Part shown: piece after piece, positions 26,736 through 37,235 of the stretch
Numbering within the stretch: position 1 is the stretch's first letter
How the letters are laid out: each line of letters begins with the position of its first letter
From: an uncultured Lachnospiraceae bacterium
GTDB taxonomy: Bacteria; Bacillota; Clostridia; Lachnospirales; Lachnospiraceae
Length of the DNA: 64,000 nt
Reading direction: 5' to 3'
Assembly (NCBI GenBank): GCA_902793685.1
Contig: CADBEN010000002.1
Location: forward strand, 129,904-193,903
Position numbers and translations under genes: made by a program
Notes under the pieces: model-generated
Seen by the model: only the letters and a program-made list of their open reading frames with translations
Databases searched by the model: none
What the model was told of the DNA's origin: nothing

Positions 26736-26764
26736 ATTATATTTTAAATCTATCCGCCGGGCAA
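26736..26764 (-). promoter_or_regulatory. Candidate promoter of the pyrF-pyrK-pyrD-pyrE operon
   Basis: Minus strand: TTGCCC, 17 nt, TATAAT. Confidence 0.45.
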
Positions 26765-26817
26765 CCGAAAGTATGCCCTGCCCTGATTCTGTGCAGCTGC
26801 CATTCCTGCCGGACCGG

Positions 26818-26846
26818 TTGACAAGCACCCGTGCTTTCGTTATACA
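26818..26846 (+). promoter_or_regulatory. Candidate promoter of the GNAT gene
   Basis: TTGACA, 17 nt, TATACA. Confidence 0.45.
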
Positions 26847-26894
26847 TTATCCTCTGGAAGTACTTATGCCGAACTGAAAGGACACGCTCACAAT

Positions 26895-27740
26895 ATGAAG
26901 ATCCGCATCACTGATACCCTGACCGAAGAAGATATCACTGCTGTCAGCCGCCTGACTGCCGCCTGCCTGCGGACAGAACCCTCCTCCGTCACCTTCCCCG
27001 CGGACGAGGAAGACACGGATTATTTTCTCGCGGAGGATGACGGACGGCTCCTGGCGGTCCTGGCCCTCTGCCAGATCGGCGACACCGACTATGAATGTAT
27101 GGCCTGGGTCCTGCCTGAGGTCCGCGGAGAAGGGTGGTTCACTGCCCTTTGGGAAGAAGCCGCAGATCTTCTGGAGGAACGTCACGGGGACGAGGAAGTC
27201 CTGGTCAGCTTTGTGACCGACGTGAAATCCGTCTCCGCCCCTCCGGTGCTGGAGCACCTGGGCGCAGTCCCGGGCGCCGAGGAACTGGAAATGTCCGTTC
27301 CCCTGGTTCCGATCCGGCCGGTGCTGCCGCCGGAAGCCTTCCGCCTGATTTCCGACCCGAAGGAGCAGACCGCCCGCTATGCAGTGACAGCGGAAGACCT
27401 CACTCCCGCATTTCTCGAATCTCTCCCGGAAGAGCTCCGCAGGGTCCTCAGCGAAGCGGCAGCGCAGGGCGCGGGCAGGGTCCCTCTCTTCGCGGCTTCA
27501 GTCCTGGAGGGCTCCGACGGACAGTGCTGGCTCTTTGAAGTCGAGACCGCGGAGCCCATCCGGGGCATGGGCTTCGGCACCCGTATCTTTCCCGACTTTC
27601 TTTCCTTCCTGGAGGATGAGCTGGGCCTCATCGAAGCCGGCCTCCAGGTCTCCGCGGACAATGTCCCCGCGGTCCGGCTCTATGAAAAGAACGGTTTTTA
27701 CACCACCGTCGCGCTGAAATACTACGGCCTGGTCCTCTGA
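26895..27740 (+). CDS. GNAT-family N-acetyltransferase (two-lobed)
   Basis: VLPEVRGEGW in the first half. IRGMGFGTRIF and VRLYEKNGF in the second half. Confidence 0.65.
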   Translation: MKIRITDTLTEEDITAVSRLTAACLRTEPSSVTFPADEEDTDYFLAEDDGRLLAVLALCQIGDTDYECMAWVLPEVRGEGWFTALWEEAADLLEERHGDEEVLVSFVTDVKSVSAPPVLEHLGAVPGAEELEMSVPLVPIRPVLPPEAFRLISDPKEQTARYAVTAEDLTPAFLESLPEELRRVLSEAAAQGAGRVPLFAASVLEGSDGQCWLFEVETAEPIRGMGFGTRIFPDFLSFLEDELGLIEAGLQVSADNVPAVRLYEKNGFYTTVALKYYGLVL

Positions 27741-27788
27741 AACAGGTTCCGGCAGTCAGGCTGCCGGCATCAGGCAGAAGAAAGACAG

Positions 27789-27828
27789 AAAGGTCCCGCA
27801 GCACCATTTCCGGTGCTGCGGGACCTTT
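27789..27828. terminator. Bidirectional hairpin terminator between the GNAT gene and the truncated repeat gene
   Basis: Perfect 17-bp stem AAAGGTCCCGCAGCACC / GGTGCTGCGGGACCTTT with a 6-nt loop. T-rich sequence follows on the minus strand. Confidence 0.6.
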
Positions 27829-27870
27829 CATATTTCCGTCAGAGTATTCCTTTTGTAATTTCAGGGCCCT

Positions 27871-28386
27871 TTATCTGGTAACGGTGTAGATCACGTTGCC
27901 GTCCCAGATGATGCGGAAGTTATTCTCGTCGACGACGTCGATCAGCGTTCCGTCAGAGCAGACATAGCTGTACATTCCGTTCTCCGGGACGAACCACTGT
28001 CTCGTGCCGTCGTTCCAGACCAGGGTAAAGCCGTCGGTCGCGGATTCAATGTAGAGCGGCCACTCATAGCCATTGTAGTAATCCACCGCGCCGGAGGTGT
28101 ACTGCAGGCTGCGGACATGATAGTTTCCGCCGAAGGAGTACCAGTTGGTCTCTCTGCCCATTCCGTTGGTGTAGGGTCTTGTGACTTCCTGTCCGTTCAC
28201 CATCCATGCCCCGTCCGGACCCACCTGGTATCCGTCCGGCGTCCAGCGGTTGGTCATGACATAGCCGTTGTCATAGAGGTAATAGCAGCGGGCCAGTCCG
28301 TCGTTCCGCAGGATCCAGGCCCAGCCGTTGTAGCTGCTGTCTTCACCGGTATTGTAGTAGAGTCTTCCGTCGGGCTGTTTTTCCGG
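27871..28386 (-). pseudogene. 5'-truncated cell-wall-binding-repeat gene (no signal peptide, no start until internal ATG at 28257), in frame with the upstream alarmone synthetase across one TGA
   Basis: The frame is open for 171 sense codons from directly after the TGA at 28387-28389. It translates as PDGRLYYNTGEDSSYNGWAWILRNDGLARCYYLYDNGYVMTNRWTPDGYQVGPDGAW..., parallel to the mature N-termini of the 2812 and 5567 paralogs. There is no ATG, GTG or TTG before 28257. Confidence 0.4.
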
Positions 28387-29103
28387 TCATTTCCAGTCGC
28401 CGTCCCCGCGGATTCCCCGACCTTCGATGCGCTTCCGGATGGCCAGCATCTTTTCGTCGGTCCCGGCAATGATGTCCGCGCACTCCCGGAGCTCGCGGCT
28501 GATCTCCTCCGCGTTCGGGATCTCTTTCTTGTATTTCAGCTCATGGTCCAGACTGGCCCAGAAATCCATGGCGATGGTCCTGATCTGGACCTCCACGCGC
28601 ATGTACTGCTTCTGCTCCGAGAAAAACACAGGGACCTCGATGATCATATGGTAGGAACGGTAACCGTTGTCTTTGGGATGACGGATATAGTCCTTCACCA
28701 TGACCACACCGACGTCGTCCTGACGGGTCAGCATGTCCGCGACTGCGTAGATATCGTCCACGAAGGAACAGATCACGCGGACGCCCGCGACATCGTCCAG
28801 GTTCTCCATCATCGACTGCAGAGAAACCGGGAGTCCGCGGCGCTGAAGCTTCTCGATGATGCTCATGGGCTTCTTCACCCGGGACTTGATCATCTCGATG
28901 GGGTTCCGCTGGTTACGGACCGAAAGCTCGTCATTCAGAACTTCCAGCTTGGTCTTTACCTCCCGGATCGCACAGGTATATTTCATCATCGCTTCCTGGA
29001 ACTGGTGCGCCCACCCGTTCATGCTGTCCGGCACCGCAACTGTGCTCGGGACGGAGACGAACGAAAGTTCAAGGTCGCTGTTCGCGCTGCTGTTGATTTC
29101 CAC
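28387..29103 (-). CDS. Small alarmone synthetase (RelQ/RelP-type GTP pyrophosphokinase)
   Basis: Motifs DVAGVRVICSF, GYRSYHMIIEVP and VEVQIRTIAMDFWASLDH. GTG start at 29103 with an AGGAGA SD placed just after the mrp stop. The alternative ATG at 29022 aligns better with B. subtilis RelQ but lacks an SD. Confidence 0.85.
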   Translation of the reverse strand: MEINSSANSDLELSFVSVPSTVAVPDSMNGWAHQFQEAMMKYTCAIREVKTKLEVLNDELSVRNQRNPIEMIKSRVKKPMSIIEKLQRRGLPVSLQSMMENLDDVAGVRVICSFVDDIYAVADMLTRQDDVGVVMVKDYIRHPKDNGYRSYHMIIEVPVFFSEQKQYMRVEVQIRTIAMDFWASLDHELKYKKEIPNAEEISRELRECADIIAGTDEKMLAIRKRIEGRGIRGDGDWK

Positions 29104-29119
29104 TGATACTGTTCTCCTG

Positions 29120-29947
29120 TCAGATTCCTGTGACCGCCGCCACCGCCGGGTCGATCCAGTCCGCCTCCAGATACTCGACCGTGCCCTCATCGACCGCCGC
29201 TGCAGTCTTCGGGTCGATCGGCGCCTTTGCGAGGACCTTCAGCCCGTTCGCCGCAGCGATCTCGTCGATATGGCTCTCTCCGAAAACGGAATGCTTCTTT
29301 CCGCAGTCCGGGCAGACATAATAGCTCATGTTCTCGATGAGGCCGATGATCGGAATGTCCATCTCCCGTGCCATGTTCACCGCTTTCGCGACGATCATGG
29401 AGACCAGGTCCTGAGGGCTCGTTACGATGACGATGCCCTCCACCGGGAGAGACTGGAACACGGTCAGCGGCACATCCCCGGTGCCCGGAGGCATATCGAC
29501 GAACAGATAGTCAATGTCCTTCCAGTACACTTCGCCCCAGAACTGCTTCACCACATTGGCGACCACCGGGCCGCGCCAGATGACCGGGTCCGTGTCGTGG
29601 GGAAGGAGCAGATTGGAGCTGATGATGGAGATTCCCGTGTTGGACTCCGCGGGGACCATCAGGTTCCCGTGGGCCGTAATGCTGTCTCCGGTCACACCGA
29701 AGGCCTTCGGGATGGACGGTCCGGTGATGTCCGCGTCGAGGATGCCGACCCGGAAGCCCTTTGCCCGGGTCTTTGCAGCCAGGAGGGAGGTGACAAGAGA
29801 TTTGCCGACGCCGCCCTTTCCGCTGACCACGCCGATCACATGCTTCACACTGCTCTCCGGAGCCAGCTTCACGCTGAAATCCGGCTTCGGCGGCTCCGGC
29901 ATGACTCTTCCGTCCGGAGCGCGGTTAACATTCTTTTCTTCTGCCAT
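29120..29947 (-). CDS. Mrp/NBP35-family ATP-binding Fe-S cluster carrier
   Basis: Deviant Walker A SGKGGVGKS and CPDCG motif. Confidence 0.85.
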   Translation of the reverse strand: MAEEKNVNRAPDGRVMPEPPKPDFSVKLAPESSVKHVIGVVSGKGGVGKSLVTSLLAAKTRAKGFRVGILDADITGPSIPKAFGVTGDSITAHGNLMVPAESNTGISIISSNLLLPHDTDPVIWRGPVVANVVKQFWGEVYWKDIDYLFVDMPPGTGDVPLTVFQSLPVEGIVIVTSPQDLVSMIVAKAVNMAREMDIPIIGLIENMSYYVCPDCGKKHSVFGESHIDEIAAANGLKVLAKAPIDPKTAAAVDEGTVEYLEADWIDPAVAAVTGI

Positions 29948-30100
29948 TGAATCTTTCCTTCTTCTTTCTGTCTTTCAGCCTTTCCGGTCCCGTTTTCCGG
30001 ACTGTATCCCGGACAGGCCATTAAAAAACAGAGTACACCATTTTCCTCCTTTTCGCAATGATGAAAGAATGACACACCCCCTTTCATGTTGTTTCAAATT

Positions 30101-30115
30101 AATATAGAATATATT
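30101..30115. promoter_or_regulatory. AT-rich 6-3-6 palindrome upstream of the flavodiiron gene (candidate Fur/PerR-family-type operator)
   Basis: AATATA-GAA-TATATT, overlapping a TAGAAT -10-like hexamer. Confidence 0.25.
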
Positions 30116-30218
30116 TGTTCAGCATCCCGTTCCAGGGATGCTGTATAACAATAAGAACTCTGTCCCGCAGGAACGAACCTGTTCCCGGCAGGGGCGGTTA
30201 AGAACGAAAGGAGCAAAT

Positions 30219-31442
30219 ATGCAGCACGCAAGAAAGATCACAGCAGATGTCTGGTATGTCGGAGGAAATGACCGCCGTCTCGCGAAGTTCGAGAACTGCT
30301 TTCCCATCCCGAACGGTGTTTCCTACAACTCCTTCCTTGTCCTGGACGAGAAGACCGTCCTTCTGGATACCTGCGACAAGGCGGTGGGAGGCATCTTCCT
30401 CGAGAACATCGAATTTCTGCTGAAGGGACGCAGCCTTGACTATATCGTCGTCAACCACATGGAGCCGGACCATGCGGCGACCCTCGCGGACGTGCTGATC
30501 CGTCACCCGGAAGCGACTGTAGTCGGAAACGCCAAGACCCACGCCATGATCCGCCAGTTCTTCGAGCTGAACCTTCAGGGCAGGATCCAGACGGTCAAGG
30601 AGGGGGACACCCTGTGCACCGGACGTCATACCTTCCGCTTTGTCATGGCTCCCATGGTCCACTGGCCGGAGGTCATGGTCACCTATGACGAGGCAGACAA
30701 GATCCTGTTCTCGGCGGACGCCTTCGGAACCTTCGGCGCCCTGAACGGAAACCTTTACGCGGACCAGACCGACATCGAGAAGGACTGGCTGCCGGAAGGC
30801 CGCCGCTACTACGCGAACATCGTCGGCAAGTACGGAACCCAGGTCCAGACGCTGCTCAACAAAGCCGCGGGCCTTGAGATCAGCATGATCTGCCCGCTGC
30901 ACGGCCCGATCTGGAGATCCGCGAAGAAGATCGAGTGGCTGATCGGCACCTACGCAAAGTGGGCCACCTACCGGGCAGAGGACCATGAGGCAGTTATCTT
31001 CTACGCTTCCGTCTACGGCGGAACCGAGAACGCGGCGGAGGTCCTGGCGGACGCCCTGGGTGAGCGCAAGGTCCGGAACATCCGCATGTACGATGTCTCC
31101 GTCACTGACGTCTCCTATCTCGTGAGCGAGGCCTTCCGCGCGGATCACCTGGTATTCCTGTCCACCACCTACAACAATGACATCTTCCCGGCGATGGAAT
31201 TCCTGATCACCGACCTGAAGGCCCACAACCTGCAGAACCGCAAGGTCGCCCTGATCGAGAATGGTTCCTGGGCGCCGGTCGCAGGCAAGAAGATCACGGA
31301 ATACTTCTCAGGCATGAAGAACCTGACCGTCATGGGCTCCACCATCACCATGAAGTCCACCGTCAAGGAGCCTCAGCGCGTACAGCTTGAGGAGCTGGCG
31401 GACATCATTGCTGCTTCCATCGACGAGGCAGACCGGATGTGA
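30219..31442 (+). CDS. Flavodiiron protein (FprA-type; metallo-beta-lactamase plus flavodoxin domains)
   Basis: Start trimmed to MQHARKITADVWYVGGNDRR (AAAGGAG SD). Di-iron motif HMEPDH. C-terminal flavodoxin-like domain. Confidence 0.8.
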   Translation: MQHARKITADVWYVGGNDRRLAKFENCFPIPNGVSYNSFLVLDEKTVLLDTCDKAVGGIFLENIEFLLKGRSLDYIVVNHMEPDHAATLADVLIRHPEATVVGNAKTHAMIRQFFELNLQGRIQTVKEGDTLCTGRHTFRFVMAPMVHWPEVMVTYDEADKILFSADAFGTFGALNGNLYADQTDIEKDWLPEGRRYYANIVGKYGTQVQTLLNKAAGLEISMICPLHGPIWRSAKKIEWLIGTYAKWATYRAEDHEAVIFYASVYGGTENAAEVLADALGERKVRNIRMYDVSVTDVSYLVSEAFRADHLVFLSTTYNNDIFPAMEFLITDLKAHNLQNRKVALIENGSWAPVAGKKITEYFSGMKNLTVMGSTITMKSTVKEPQRVQLEELADIIAASIDEADRM

Positions 31443-31468
31443 CCCCGGCATTATCCCCGGAATGAAAG

Positions 31469-31520
31469 CGGGACTTCCGCATTAAGACTGTAACATCTTA
31501 ATGCGGAAGTCCCGTATTTT
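31469..31520. terminator. Terminator between the convergent fprA-like gene and queH
   Basis: Perfect 18-bp stem CGGGACTTCCGCATTAAG / CTTAATGCGGAAGTCCCG, followed by TATTTTAATT on the plus strand. Confidence 0.65.
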
Positions 31521-31551
31521 AATTCTCCGTTTCCTCTCCGTCAGATCCTTT

Positions 31552-32204
31552 TCACTTATGAAGACCTTCCGTGGCGCGCGCCGCATTCCGGCGGTGCGCC
31601 TCCGCTTTCGAGAAGCTGCAGCCGCAGTAATCCTGGCGGTACAGACCGTACTCCCGGGAAAGCTCCGTGGAACGAAGGTATCCGTTCTTCTTCTTGAAAT
31701 CCGAGGGAAGGAAGGCCACCCCCGCCGCCGCGCCTTCCGCTTCGCCGATGCTGTTCAGCCTGTCCGCGTCCTTCAGCGGACTGATCGTCAGAGTCGTGGT
31801 AAAGCAGTCAAAGCCCAGCGCCGCCGCGGTCTCCGCTGTCTTCCGCAGCCGTTCCTCAAAACATATCCCGCAGCGTTCTCCGCCTTCCGGATCTGCCTCA
31901 TGCCCCTTCACCAGACGGTGCCAGCTGTCCGGATCATAGGTTCCTTCCAGAAAGTGCACCGGCCGCGGTGCAGGCATCTCCCGGATCAGGCGGCGGGCTT
32001 CCTCAGCGCGGCGGTGATACTCTTCTTCATCGTCGATATTCGGATTATAGTAAAACAGCGTAATGTCAAAGTGCGGGGACAGATATTCAAGGCACCAGGA
32101 GGAGCAGGGGGCGCAGCAGGCATGCAGAAGAAGCTTCGGGAAAACTCCCGAAGCTTCATTACTTTTGATCTGCGCTTCCATCTCTTTCTGGTAGTTTCTT
32201 TTGT

Positions 32205-32208
<4 letters not shown>
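31552..32208 (-). CDS. queH: Epoxyqueuosine reductase QueH (DUF208)
   Basis: [12 protein letters not shown] motif and a C-terminal CGCS. ATGA overlap with the rpoD stop. Confidence 0.8.
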
Positions 32209-33854
<1,646 letters not shown>

Positions 33855-33969
33855 TCTGAAGCTTCTGTTCCTAATTGACAGGGGCCAGAACCGGCAATCA
33901 GCTTATGTATGTTAATCAACACATTCGATCAGAATGTCGTTAATCCTTAATTTGCCGATAATTGTTCTT

Positions 33970-33998
33970 ATTTTAACCCCGAAAACAAGGTTTTTCAA
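33970..33998 (-). promoter_or_regulatory. Candidate promoter of rpoD-queH
   Basis: Minus strand: TTGAAA, 17 nt, TAAAAT, about 115 nt upstream of the rpoD ATG. Confidence 0.5.
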
Positions 33999-34002
33999 GA
34001 AT

Positions 34003-34034
34003 CAAAAATCACCTGTTTCAAAAAGGAAACAGGC
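34003..34034 (-). terminator. Rho-independent terminator after birA
   Basis: Minus strand: CCTGTTTC-CTTTTT-GAAACAGG followed by TGATTTTTG. Confidence 0.65.
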
Positions 34035-34089
34035 GATTTTCTTGGTAAAATTCATGATTCAGAGAGCTTCTCCCGCAAAAGGAGCCTTC

Positions 34090-35076
34090 TCAGACGTATC
34101 CGTAGATCCCTCGGACCGAAACTTCTCCGCTCCGGACCTCCTCCATGGTACCGTCTTCCCGCCGGACTATCAGTTCCCCCGTGCGGGTGATTCCCTTTGC
34201 GATGCCTTTCCATTCTCCCGCCGGGTCCAGCACCAGGACCTCCCGGTCCCGGTTCACCAGCAGCTTTTCGTAGACCGGCTTCAGTGCCGTCAGATCCTCG
34301 GTCTCCAGAAAGACCTTGTAATACATGGCAAAGCAGCGGATGAAGGCAGCGACCACAGGCGTCCGGGCAACATCCTTCCCGAGCTCCAGCTTCAGGGAAG
34401 TCGCCGTCTCCCGGATCTCTTCCGGGAATTCCGTCATGTTGACATTGATCCCGATTCCGGGGACGACGCAGCCGATCTCCCCCAGCTCCGTGATCATTTC
34501 CGTCAGGATCCCGCAGATCTTCTTTCCGCGGATCACAACGTCGTTCGGCCACTTGATCTCCGTCTTCAGGCCGGTCGTCTCGGCAATTCCGCCCGCGACC
34601 GCGAGGGCGCAGACCAGAGTCAGCATCGACGCGTTCTCCGGACGGATCTTCGGGCGGAGAAGAAGCGACATGGAAATGCTGGTCCCCGGCGGGGAACTCC
34701 AGCTCCGTCCTCTTCTTCCGCGGCCCGCGGTCTGTTCATCCGCCACGATCAGCAGCGGTCCCTCCGCCCCCTGGTCCGCTCTCCGCCTGACCTCCAGGTT
34801 TGTGGAATCGATCTGCCGGAAATAGCATACATCCCGCAGGAAGCCGTCCTCCTTCAGGGCTTCCCGAAGCTCAGTCTCATTCATGACATCTCCTTCGGTC
34901 ATCAGTCTGTAACCGCGGTTCTGCCTGGCCTCGATCTGATAACCCTCTTCCTTCAGACGGGCGACCGCCTTCCACACCGCGGTCCTGGTGACGCCGAAGC
35001 GCTCACAGAGCTCCTGTCCGGAACAGAAATCAGCACTGCTCCGCAGCACTTCAAGAATCTCGTCTTTTAAACTCAT
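34090..35076 (-). CDS. birA: Bifunctional biotin-protein ligase / biotin operon repressor
   Basis: N-terminal HTH (SGQELCERFGVTRTAVWKAVARLKEEGY) and the ligase motif GRGRRGRSW. Confidence 0.85.
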   Translation of the reverse strand: MSLKDEILEVLRSSADFCSGQELCERFGVTRTAVWKAVARLKEEGYQIEARQNRGYRLMTEGDVMNETELREALKEDGFLRDVCYFRQIDSTNLEVRRRADQGAEGPLLIVADEQTAGRGRRGRSWSSPPGTSISMSLLLRPKIRPENASMLTLVCALAVAGGIAETTGLKTEIKWPNDVVIRGKKICGILTEMITELGEIGCVVPGIGINVNMTEFPEEIRETATSLKLELGKDVARTPVVAAFIRCFAMYYKVFLETEDLTALKPVYEKLLVNRDREVLVLDPAGEWKGIAKGITRTGELIVRREDGTMEEVRSGEVSVRGIYGYV

Positions 35077-35136
35077 TTATCTCTCTTTCAGTCTTTCTCA
35101 AAACAGGTAATACGTACAATCGCGGCATACCGCGGT

Positions 35137-35391
35137 TCAGAGCATGACCATGGCGCTGACCACGCCCACCACCAGGACCACAAGTCCGAACAGGAGGCTG
35201 CCCGCAGCCGCCAGCTTCTTCCTGCTGTTTCTCCCTGCGTTCATCAGTCCCCAGACGCCGGAGACAATGCTGAGGATCGCGGAGAGGAAAAAGATCAGCG
35301 GGAAAAACGCGTGGTGTTCATCCGGCGAAAGGAAAGCCATGACGGCCAGTACGACGATGACCACACCGAGCACCAGATGGAACATGTCCAT
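35137..35391 (-). CDS. Small membrane protein, unknown function
   Basis: 84 aa from MDMFHLVLGVVIVVLAV, with three hydrophobic helices. The longer ORF version overlaps the argF 3' end, so it was trimmed. The start is uncertain. Confidence 0.4.
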   Translation of the reverse strand: MDMFHLVLGVVIVVLAVMAFLSPDEHHAFFPLIFFLSAILSIVSGVWGLMNAGRNSRKKLAAAGSLLFGLVVLVVGVVSAMVML

Positions 35392-35425
35392 CACAAAGGC
35401 GGAACGGCGCGGATTTCTCCGGGGC

Positions 35426-36376
35426 TCAGCCATCCGTCTCTCCGAGAGTCGCCACCATGACGGCCTTGATGGTGTGCATCCGGTTCTCCGCCTCGTCAAA
35501 GACCAGGGAAGCCGGAGACTCAAAGACCTCTTCCGTGACCTCGTTGCCCTTCACTGCCGGCAGGCAGTGCAGGAAGACCGTGCTGTCCTTCCCGGTCTTC
35601 TTCATGAGCGCCGCGTTCACCTGATACGGTCTCAGGAGGGCAATGCGCTCCGCCGTCTTTGCCTCCTCGCCCATGGACGCCCAGACATCTGTGTAGATGA
35701 CGTCCGCGCCGGCGACCGCATCCGTATCCTCGGAGATCGTGACCGTGGAACCGGCCTCCGCAGCATAGCCGCGGCACAGCTCCACCAGCTCCTCCGCCGG
35801 CCACAGGACCTTCGGGGCGATGATGGTGAAGTTCACGCCCATCTTGCTCATGCCGATCATGAGGGAATTCGCCATGTTGTTGCGGCCGTCGCCCGCGTAC
35901 ACGAAATTCAGCCCCTTCAGATATCCGAAGTGCTCGCGCATGGTCAGGAGATCCGCCAGGATCTGGGTCGGATGGTATTCATCCGTCAGGCCGTTCCATA
36001 CCGGGACGCCGGCGTACTTTGCCAGTGCCTCCACCGTGGAATGTTTGAATCCGCGGAACTCGATGCCGTCGAACATCCTTCCCAGGACCCGGGCAGTGTC
36101 CTCGACGCTCTCCTTGTGTCCCAGCTGGATGTCGTCCTTCCCCAGATACTCCGGGTGCGCTCCCTCGTCATTGCAGCCGACGACGAAGGCGCAGCGGGTC
36201 CGGGTGGACGGCTTTTCAAAGAGCAGGGCGATGTTCTTTCCCTGCATGGAATGTCCGAGGATCCCCTTCTTTTTGTCCTGCTTTTTCTTCTCCGCGAGGT
36301 CCAGGAGACAGGTAATCTCCTCCGGACTGAAGTCTTTCAGTGTGATAAAATTTCTGCCTTTCAGATTCACTGCCAT
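35426..36376 (-). CDS. argF: Ornithine carbamoyltransferase
   Basis: Start trimmed to [10 protein letters not shown] (GGAGGGA SD). Motifs STRTR, HPTQ and HCLP. Confidence 0.9.
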   Translation of the reverse strand: MAVNLKGRNFITLKDFSPEEITCLLDLAEKKKQDKKKGILGHSMQGKNIALLFEKPSTRTRCAFVVGCNDEGAHPEYLGKDDIQLGHKESVEDTARVLGRMFDGIEFRGFKHSTVEALAKYAGVPVWNGLTDEYHPTQILADLLTMREHFGYLKGLNFVYAGDGRNNMANSLMIGMSKMGVNFTIIAPKVLWPAEELVELCRGYAAEAGSTVTISEDTDAVAGADVIYTDVWASMGEEAKTAERIALLRPYQVNAALMKKTGKDSTVFLHCLPAVKGNEVTEEVFESPASLVFDEAENRMHTIKAVMVATLGETDG

Positions 36377-36407
36377 TTGTTTCCCTCCAAATATCCTTCC
36401 GGGGTTG

Positions 36408-37196
36408 TTATGCGCCGTTTCTTCTCTGGCGCGCAAGTTCATACATCAGCACGGACGCCGCCACTGCCGCGTTCAGCGACTCCACCTTTCCCAGCATCGG
36501 GATCCGGACCGCCCGGTCAGCCAGGGCCGCGGTCTCATCCGTCAGGCCCTTCGCCTCGTTCCCGATGAGAAAGGCATTTGCTCCGGTATAATCCGCGCTG
36601 TCATAATCCACGGAGCCTCTGAGGTGCGCCGCGCAGATCTGCACGCCCTCTCTCTTCAGCTCCCGGACCGTCTCCCTGAGGTCCTGCACATAGACCACCG
36701 GGACGCGGAAGATGCTTCCCATGGTCGAGCGGATCACTTTCGGGTTGTAGATGTCCGCAGTGCCGCTGTCCGCGATGATGCCGGTCAGTCCGGCGCCCTC
36801 GCCCGCCCGCAGCATGGTCCCGAGATTGCCGGGATCCTGGATCGTCTCCAGGACCAGGAGATTCGTCCGTTCTCCCCTGAGCACGTCCGCGAGGGTATGG
36901 GGCTCCTGCTCCACCACCGCCAGCACGCCCTGGGGCGTCTTCGTGTCGCTCATGGAACTGAACACCTCTTCCGTCACCGGTTCATAAGGAAGACGCAGGA
37001 TCTTCTCCCGGACCTCCGGCGGACAGCTCTTCAGGAAGCGCTCTGTCACGAACACACTGCGGACCCGCGCTTCCGGCGTCTCCGAGAACATCCGGATCCC
37101 CTCCACAATAAAGAGGGACTGCTCCCTGCGCAGGGAAGCCTTTTTCCCGAGGTTCCGGACCTCCGCCGCTTTTCTGTTCGATGTCGATGTGATCAT
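36408..37196 (-). CDS. TrmH/SpoU-family RNA 2'-O-methyltransferase
   Basis: LIGNEAKGL and [15 protein letters not shown] motifs. Confidence 0.8.
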   Translation of the reverse strand: MITSTSNRKAAEVRNLGKKASLRREQSLFIVEGIRMFSETPEARVRSVFVTERFLKSCPPEVREKILRLPYEPVTEEVFSSMSDTKTPQGVLAVVEQEPHTLADVLRGERTNLLVLETIQDPGNLGTMLRAGEGAGLTGIIADSGTADIYNPKVIRSTMGSIFRVPVVYVQDLRETVRELKREGVQICAAHLRGSVDYDSADYTGANAFLIGNEAKGLTDETAALADRAVRIPMLGKVESLNAAVAASVLMYELARQRRNGA

Positions 37197-37235
37197 GCGG
37201 TCCTGCCGCCTTTCTGTCTGTTCACTGATCCGGGA

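Noticed and set aside
24955-26877. 640-aa ORF on the plus strand. The same applies to 20181..22037 (618 aa) and the other 300-500-aa antisense ORFs in the track.
   Set aside because: All lie opposite genes with strong family signatures and have Arg/Gly/Pro/His-biased translations. No independent support.
28387-28389. In-frame TGA between the alarmone synthetase and the repeat ORF as a selenocysteine or recoded codon.
   Set aside because: No SECIS-like hairpin follows the TGA. TGA is used as an ordinary stop throughout the window, including many ATGA overlaps. A cytoplasmic synthetase fused to a cell-wall-binding domain makes little biological sense. It is kept only as a low-probability alternative in the finding.
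29995-30010. Identical 16-mer TTCCGGACTGTATCCC in the mrp upstream region and again at 57425-57440.
   Set aside because: The second copy lies inside the conserved C-terminus of the CoA-transferase (GYSPEE). There is no flanking similarity on either side. TCCGGA-containing strings are very common in this GC-rich coding sequence. Most likely coincidence.
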